From contig CP001848.1 in assembly GCA_000025185.1 (NCBI GenBank), positions 2,910,001 through 2,942,000 on the forward strand: a stretch of 32,000 nt of DNA. The letters run 5' to 3'. This document shows, in pieces, positions 27,006-32,000 of this stretch. A program made the position numbers and the translations under genes. The notes beneath the pieces were generated by a model. It was not told where the DNA came from and searched no databases. It saw only the letters and a list, made by a program, of their open reading frames with translations. The stretch comes from Pirellula staleyi DSM 6068. GTDB lineage: Bacteria > Planctomycetota > Planctomycetia > Pirellulales > Pirellulaceae. The stretch's first letter is position 1. Each line of letters begins with the position of its first letter.

Positions 27006-29901
27006 CGAACGACTCCTCGCTCTTCTCGGGGCGCCACGGCAGCAGCAAGCGGTCCTGACAGATCGCCTGAAATTCTTCGTCGAGTTTGGCGGCCGAAGAT
27101 TTCGGTGGCCAGAAGACACGCTCGCGAATCGCGCGCACCACATCGGCTGCAGCAGCATCGGCCGATTCGAGTTCTTCTTTGGTCCACGTTTCTTGATGAT
27201 CCCCGGTGTTTTCGAGCGATTTGGGGAGTTGGATATAGCCGAGCTGAAGCTGGCGGTGCGAAGTGTCAGCGCTCTCTTTGGCTGCAGCGGGGAGGAGATG
27301 CCGGTAGAGAGGGAGCTGCAAATCGACCCACTCTCCCGACTGCGGTTTGCGATGGGCTGCCTTGGGAGCATTCGGGGTGTCGGCCGTTTTGTAGTCGAGC
27401 ACGGCGAGCGTTTGCGTATCGTCGTGACGATCGATGCGGTCGATCCGGCCGCGCAAGATGACCGGCTTGTCGTCGATCGTCATGGTGCCAGTCAGCTGCT
27501 TGTCGAGGTCTTCGGTGTAGACGATGCGCCAACCTGTGGCGGTGCGAGCAGCTTGCCATTTCGCAAACGCTTGCAGTCGCGAGCGAATCTGCTCGACTTG
27601 CACACGCACTGCGGCGCGACAAGCTCGTTCACCGAGTCGCGCACTCACGATTCCTTGCAGCGAAGCGGCTAAAAAATCGAAAATGTCGGTGGAATGCGTA
27701 CTGTCGCGGACTTCATCGGAGCGGCCGAACGACTGCAGCACATCGTGAATCAGTGAGCCAAAACCACGCGGCTCGAGTTCATCGGCAGCATCGTTCATGC
27801 TCGACAGCCGCAGCACATGTCGGAGGTAAAAACGATAGGGACAAGCGAGGTAGGCTTTGAACTGCGAGACCGAAAAATTGTCTTCAATCGGGAGGCTGGT
27901 GTCGGGAAGCGGGATTTGAAATCCTGATGAAAGACGCGTCAGCTGCGGCGCGAGCGCGATGCGGCGCGTGGGAGTAGCTGGTAGCGCTGAAAACAGCTGC
28001 ACACCGCGCCGGGCTGCTTCGAGAGGCTCGGTGGCGAAGAGCAAGCGACTCGGTGCGAGCGGATTTTTTTCGACGTCGCGGTGGGCCACCACCAGGAGCA
28101 GTTCTGCTTTGCTCTCGGCCAGCATAAAGAGAGCGAAAGCATCGCGAGCCACGCGACGCTTTGCATCTTGAATGCCAAGGGTCGTCCGGAGCTCACTCGA
28201 AAGGAACATCGCCGAGCCTTCACCCGCCGGGATATACCCTTCGTTAAACGTGGTGATGATCGCCGCGCGGGCATCGTCGAGCGGCAGTTCGAGCCAGCCG
28301 AGCAGTTCGATCGCGCCCGCTTCTGCTGGGGGTGGAATGTTGCTGCGAAGCACAGGGGAAACAAGCAAATCGATCGCTGCGGAAAGTGAGACCGCCGGGC
28401 TTAATTTCGCAGGAACTTTCGCCGGCGCATCGAGTGCGCCAGCGAGCATCGAAGTGGCTTCGAGCAGCATCCGATCGCGCGGAATTCGGCGATCGAGCTG
28501 ACGCCCGTGATAGACCTCGAGCAAGATCGCGCGAAGTGCTTCGCCCCAGCGGGCCAGGGGCTGTTTGCTCGTTCGCAGTGGCGCGATGAGACGATGCACT
28601 AGGTCGACTGTGGTCTTCACGCTACGAGCGACCGACCGCGTACGACGACGATGGGCTGCTGACGATGGCGAGAGTCCTTCGGGAATCGTTGTCGAAGCTT
28701 CGCGCGCGAGGAGTTCTTCATCGAGTCGCGCGCTGTAATGCTCGCCGTAGTATTCATCGAGAGCAGCCACGGGATCGACATCGAGCGCTCCATCGGCAGC
28801 ACTTTTGCGCTCGATCCAGTCGTGCAGATCGGGGTGTCGCACCAGGCTCGCTAGTTCGTCGTAGCGCTCACGAAGCACGTAGGCTACGATCGCATCGAGC
28901 AGCAAACTGGGGAGCGTTTGTCCCACCGTCGTTCCGCTGAACGCTCGCGATTTGATGCCCGATTGCTCGAGTTCTCGCTCTAGCTGCGACACGATCGCTT
29001 CGTCGGGAACACCGATCGCAATTTCGTCGCTGTGATACTTGCCGCCCAGCGCGCGCAGCCAATCGGCTACCGCAGCTGCTTGATCGGCGGGGCCATCGAC
29101 GCGCGTGTAATGCTCTTGGGTGATCGGCAAATGTCGCGTCGCCCACGCTTCGGAAATAAGACATCCATCGAGATCGAAGGTGTCGGCGAGAGAGGCATCG
29201 ACCGGTAAGAGAGCAATGGCTTGGGTATCGATCAGCTGCAGCATCTTGCGCACGGTGCGAGTCAGGTCGACAGTGCCGATCAGCAGCACGGTGCTGCGCA
29301 AATGGAGTTCGTTTTTTTCGATCGCGACGAGTCGGGCCGTTTGTGCATCCCACAGATGAGCATCGTCGAGTTCTTTCCAGTAAGCAGCCTGGATTTCCGA
29401 AAGGACACGCCAGCGCGGGACATCGGCCCACGAGTTCGACCCCTCGAGCGCTTTCACCACATCGGCAAAGGCGAGTTTTTCGGCGGCCAGTTCGTTGTGG
29501 AGTAAGCGTAGTGCCGACGCGAGCGAGAGCCAGCTATCGAGATCGCTCGTGGGGGGCGGATTGGGAATCAGATCGTGAAGTTTCGCAGCGGGACAAGTGG
29601 CGAGCGCTTTGGCCCACGCGAGTTGCTGCGTCAGATCGGTCGCGAACGGTCGTTTCGGAGTGTAGAGCAGTTCGGGGAGTCGACCTTCGGTGGTGATCTG
29701 CGGCGGCGTGAGCGTGAGCTTCTCGTTTTCGGCATGCAGTACGAGGAGTTCGAGCAGACGCCGCCCCGCTCGGCTGCCGGGAACAACGCACAAAAAGTTG
29801 CTCAGGTCCCATGTGGTTCCTGCGATCGAGGCGCGCAGAAACGCCACCACTTGATGCAGGTGTGGTTGTTTCGAGCCCAAAAATTGGCGGTCGATCGGCA
29901 T
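26998..29901 (-). CDS. addB: AddB-like protein (degenerate helicase-like N-region + C-terminal PD-(D/E)XK nuclease)
   Basis: The C-terminus has FSVSQFKAYLACPYRFYL, GSLIHDVLQ, LRGRIDRIDR...AVLDYKTAD and LQLPLYRHLL. ATG 29901 (GAGGA 3 nt upstream) is preferred. The ORF could start at GTG 29961. Confidence 0.75.
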   Translation of the reverse strand: MPIDRQFLGSKQPHLHQVVAFLRASIAGTTWDLSNFLCVVPGSRAGRRLLELLVLHAENEKLTLTPPQITTEGRLPELLYTPKRPFATDLTQQLAWAKALATCPAAKLHDLIPNPPPTSDLDSWLSLASALRLLHNELAAEKLAFADVVKALEGSNSWADVPRWRVLSEIQAAYWKELDDAHLWDAQTARLVAIEKNELHLRSTVLLIGTVDLTRTVRKMLQLIDTQAIALLPVDASLADTFDLDGCLISEAWATRHLPITQEHYTRVDGPADQAAAVADWLRALGGKYHSDEIAIGVPDEAIVSQLERELEQSGIKSRAFSGTTVGQTLPSLLLDAIVAYVLRERYDELASLVRHPDLHDWIERKSAADGALDVDPVAALDEYYGEHYSARLDEELLAREASTTIPEGLSPSSAAHRRRTRSVARSVKTTVDLVHRLIAPLRTSKQPLARWGEALRAILLEVYHGRQLDRRIPRDRMLLEATSMLAGALDAPAKVPAKLSPAVSLSAAIDLLVSPVLRSNIPPPAEAGAIELLGWLELPLDDARAAIITTFNEGYIPAGEGSAMFLSSELRTTLGIQDAKRRVARDAFALFMLAESKAELLLVVAHRDVEKNPLAPSRLLFATEPLEAARRGVQLFSALPATPTRRIALAPQLTRLSSGFQIPLPDTSLPIEDNFSVSQFKAYLACPYRFYLRHVLRLSSMNDAADELEPRGFGSLIHDVLQSFGRSDEVRDSTHSTDIFDFLAASLQGIVSARLGERACRAAVRVQVEQIRSRLQAFAKWQAARTATGWRIVYTEDLDKQLTGTMTIDDKPVILRGRIDRIDRHDDTQTLAVLDYKTADTPNAPKAAHRKPQSGEWVDLQLPLYRHLLPAAAKESADTSHRQLQLGYIQLPKSLENTGDHQETWTKEELESADAAAADVVRAIRERVFWPPKSSAAKLDEEFQAICQDRLLLPWRPEKSEESFDE

Positions 29902-30050
29902 CCGTCCTCGGCCCTGTTGCGAAATCGAAGTCTGCCATCGGCTGTGCGCCGTGGTCGCCACGATAGCAGAGTGATAGCGGCGTCCAAGGTGCCTACGAAA
30001 AAGGTGGCCTCAGGTTGTGACACGTTTGGTCACTCGGAGCAAAATTTTCC

Positions 30051-30096
30051 CAAGAAAACGAAAAAGCCCCGCATGCAGTGTTCGGCATGCGGGGCT
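30051..30096 (-). terminator. Rho-independent terminator of the PPIase gene
   Basis: A perfect 12-bp stem, AGCCCCGCATGC (30065-30076) pairing with GCATGCGGGGCT (30085-30096), with an 8-nt loop. On the minus strand it is followed by TTTTCGTTTTCTT. Confidence 0.8.
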
Positions 30097-30145
30097 TTCG
30101 GTTGGTTATCGAGGGCCCACGAACTATCGCGAGGCTATCAGCTCG

Positions 30146-32000
30146 TTAGCGAGGGGCTGTGGCCGAGGCAGGAGCAACGCGGGTGGCGTTGTTGGCGGCA
30201 GCAGGTCCACCGGCAGGAGCGATTGCTGGAAGCTGCCCCACTTTGCTGGTCCGGCCACTTTGCGACGTACCGGCGAGGAAGTTGTCGATTTGAGCCGAGG
30301 CGACCGTGTTGTCGAACTCGGAATTCATCAGGATGCGGAGCTTCTTCTCTTGGATGTCGGCCACCAGCTCGTCCTTCACCGTGGCGAAGTCGGCTTTCAC
30401 TGGGCTGGTGCGACCGAGGCAGCGAAGAATGATGTACTGATCACCCACGGCGATCAGACCCGAGAGTTCGCCCGCCTTCAGTTTGAACGCTTCTTCTTCG
30501 ATGGCAGCACCGCCACCGTAGCGACGAATCGGAGGAACTTGACCACCGTTGCTACGCGACGAAGGTTCGACCGAGTATTGGCGAGCGAGTTCCGCAAAAA
30601 AGTCGTTGGTGGGATTGGCGCGAGCCATTTCCCAAACCTTTTGGGCCTGGCGTTGATCGGTGAGAACGCAAGCGAGCACTTCCACCCGAGGACCGTAGTT
30701 CGATTCGTAACCCTTTTGCAGGTCTTCTTCGGTCACTTCGACACGATTGCCCACCAGCTTCTTGAGCGCCACCGAAGGCCAAACAGCATCGCGAATGTAG
30801 AGGTCGGGAGTCGCTCCCTGCTCATCAATCACGGTCTTCATCCAGCGTTCGACATCGGGCGTTTGATCGGCTTTCACGAAACCGAACGAAGCTGCAGCGC
30901 GAGCCACTTCGGCATCGATATCTTGCTGCGTGATCACCAGCTTCCGTTTGGCCAGTTGTTGCTCGAGCAGCTTGCGATTGATTTCCCCTTCGAGCACCGA
31001 TTCGCCATTGCGGGAGATGCATTCTTCGGAAAGTTGCAGCATGCTGACCGGGCGACCGTTGATGGTCGCGGCAACCCCTGGCATTGCTTTTTGCTTTGCA
31101 GGATCTTCAAACACGTTGACGACCTGAGCCGACTTACGCATGTTCTCGAAGAACTGGGCAGCCGACACGCGGAGCTTGTTTTCGCGAAGTTTATCCGTGA
31201 GACGTTCCTGCTGAGCAGGGATGTGCTGCGGAGCGAGCACCATGCGAGGGACTTGCTCGTCGCACAGCAGAATGTAGTAGAGGTTGGCCACTTTAATGAC
31301 GCTCGAGAGTTCGCCCGGTTTCAGCGAGAAGGCGATTTGTTCGAGAGTGGGGTCGCCCGTGTGCATCCGAATTGGTGGGATCACGCCGCGAGCCGAGGCA
31401 ACTGCAGGATCTTCGCAATATTGCTTCGCCAGATCGCCGAACGATTCGGGTTTGGCAGCAGCAGCGGCGAGAACTTGATCGGCCTTCTCTTTCGAGCTGA
31501 CGGCGATCATGCGAGCGCGAACTTTCGGACCAAATTCCGACTCGAACGCCATTTTGAGTTCTTCGGGGGTGACCTGAATTTTGTCAGCCACCAAACGTCG
31601 CAGGGCAATCATCTGCCACACCACCGTGGTGCGATACTCTTGTTCGCTAAAGCCGCGCTCTTCACGCAGCAGTTGCAGCCAGCGATCGCGGGGGAGACCA
31701 AACTTGTTGGCGATGCGATCGACTTCGTCGTCGACATCTTGTTCGGTGATCACGATGTTTTGAGCGGCACAGGCATCGAGGATCAGCTGACGATTGAGCA
31801 TGCTCTCGAGCACTTCGTTCCCGAAGCGACGCATGCATTCGCGGCCAAGATCGGTGCGGGTGATCTGCTCGCCGTTTACCACGGCCATCACCTGCAGCGT
31901 CTTTTTGCTAGGGGCGACCATCGTGGGGGGCGATGTGCGCGAGGCTGTTTGAGCAGCGGGCTGACCAGCAGGTGCTGCCGGGCGGGCTGTGGGCTGCGCT
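30146..32000 (-). CDS. SurA/PrsA-like peptidyl-prolyl isomerase (duplicated SurA-N + parvulin modules); the 5' end probably lies outside the window
   Basis: There are two repeats of an (A)VVNGEQITR/ATINGRPVSM chaperone-like segment followed by a parvulin-like segment (RARMIAV...GVIPPIRMHTGDP...; VEVLACVL...GQVPPIRRYGGG...). The frame stays open from ATG 31921 to position 32000 (..AQPTARPAAPAGQPAAQTASRTSPPT-M), so the true start is likely upstream. Confidence 0.8.
   Translation of the reverse strand, partial: AQPTARPAAPAGQPAAQTASRTSPPTMVAPSKKTLQVMAVVNGEQITRTDLGRECMRRFGNEVLESMLNRQLILDACAAQNIVITEQDVDDEVDRIANKFGLPRDRWLQLLREERGFSEQEYRTTVVWQMIALRRLVADKIQVTPEELKMAFESEFGPKVRARMIAVSSKEKADQVLAAAAAKPESFGDLAKQYCEDPAVASARGVIPPIRMHTGDPTLEQIAFSLKPGELSSVIKVANLYYILLCDEQVPRMVLAPQHIPAQQERLTDKLRENKLRVSAAQFFENMRKSAQVVNVFEDPAKQKAMPGVAATINGRPVSMLQLSEECISRNGESVLEGEINRKLLEQQLAKRKLVITQQDIDAEVARAAASFGFVKADQTPDVERWMKTVIDEQGATPDLYIRDAVWPSVALKKLVGNRVEVTEEDLQKGYESNYGPRVEVLACVLTDQRQAQKVWEMARANPTNDFFAELARQYSVEPSSRSNGGQVPPIRRYGGGAAIEEEAFKLKAGELSGLIAVGDQYIILRCLGRTSPVKADFATVKDELVADIQEKKLRILMNSEFDNTVASAQIDNFLAGTSQSGRTSKVGQLPAIAPAGGPAAANNATRVAPASATAPR

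Noticed and set aside
27006-27371. N-terminal 122-aa extension of the 1171-aa ORF (23856..27371)
   Set aside because: The extension overlaps the 3' end of the AddB-like gene in another frame and is low-complexity. ATG 27005 directly precedes the Walker A region and overlaps the upstream stop (ATGAGTAA).

Overview
The window is GC-rich, and its protein features look Planctomycetota-like: RYSLRTML-type N-termini, Zn-ribbon/GYF membrane proteins, and Pro/Ala-rich tails. That taxonomic call is inference, not a search result.

Layout from left to right:
1. 1-3.4 kb: the end of an integrated prophage-like element. It carries a DUF2213-like phage gene and a 692-aa large serine recombinase, and it abuts a 37-codon 5' stump of endonuclease IV (nfo).
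2. 3.6-7 kb: two tandem Zn-ribbon/GYF/DUF4190 paralogs, a small membrane protein and a SYLF (DUF500) protein.
3. 7.4-10.3 kb: an AT-richer islet of three orphan genes. Each is bounded by a same-orientation structured repeat of about 136-234 bp (4 copies).
4. 10.4-18.3 kb: housekeeping genes, namely a VOC/PhnB-like gene, acnA, ffh, rpsP-trmD-rplS (no rimM) and yraN.
5. 18.4-30 kb: a WYL-domain regulator convergent with a tightly packed minus-strand cluster of AddB-like, AddA-like, SbcD-like, a hook-less SbcC/YhaN-like ATPase and a GGCT/AIG2-like gene.
6. 30.1-32 kb: a SurA-like PPIase that runs off the window.

I saw no rRNA, tRNA or CRISPR array by eye.

The three leads I rate highest are:
- the repeat-delimited orphan-gene islet;
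- the recombinase element splitting nfo;
- the atypical AddAB/SbcCD-like + GGCT cluster beside a WYL regulator.

All family assignments come from motif recognition by eye. No database search was run.
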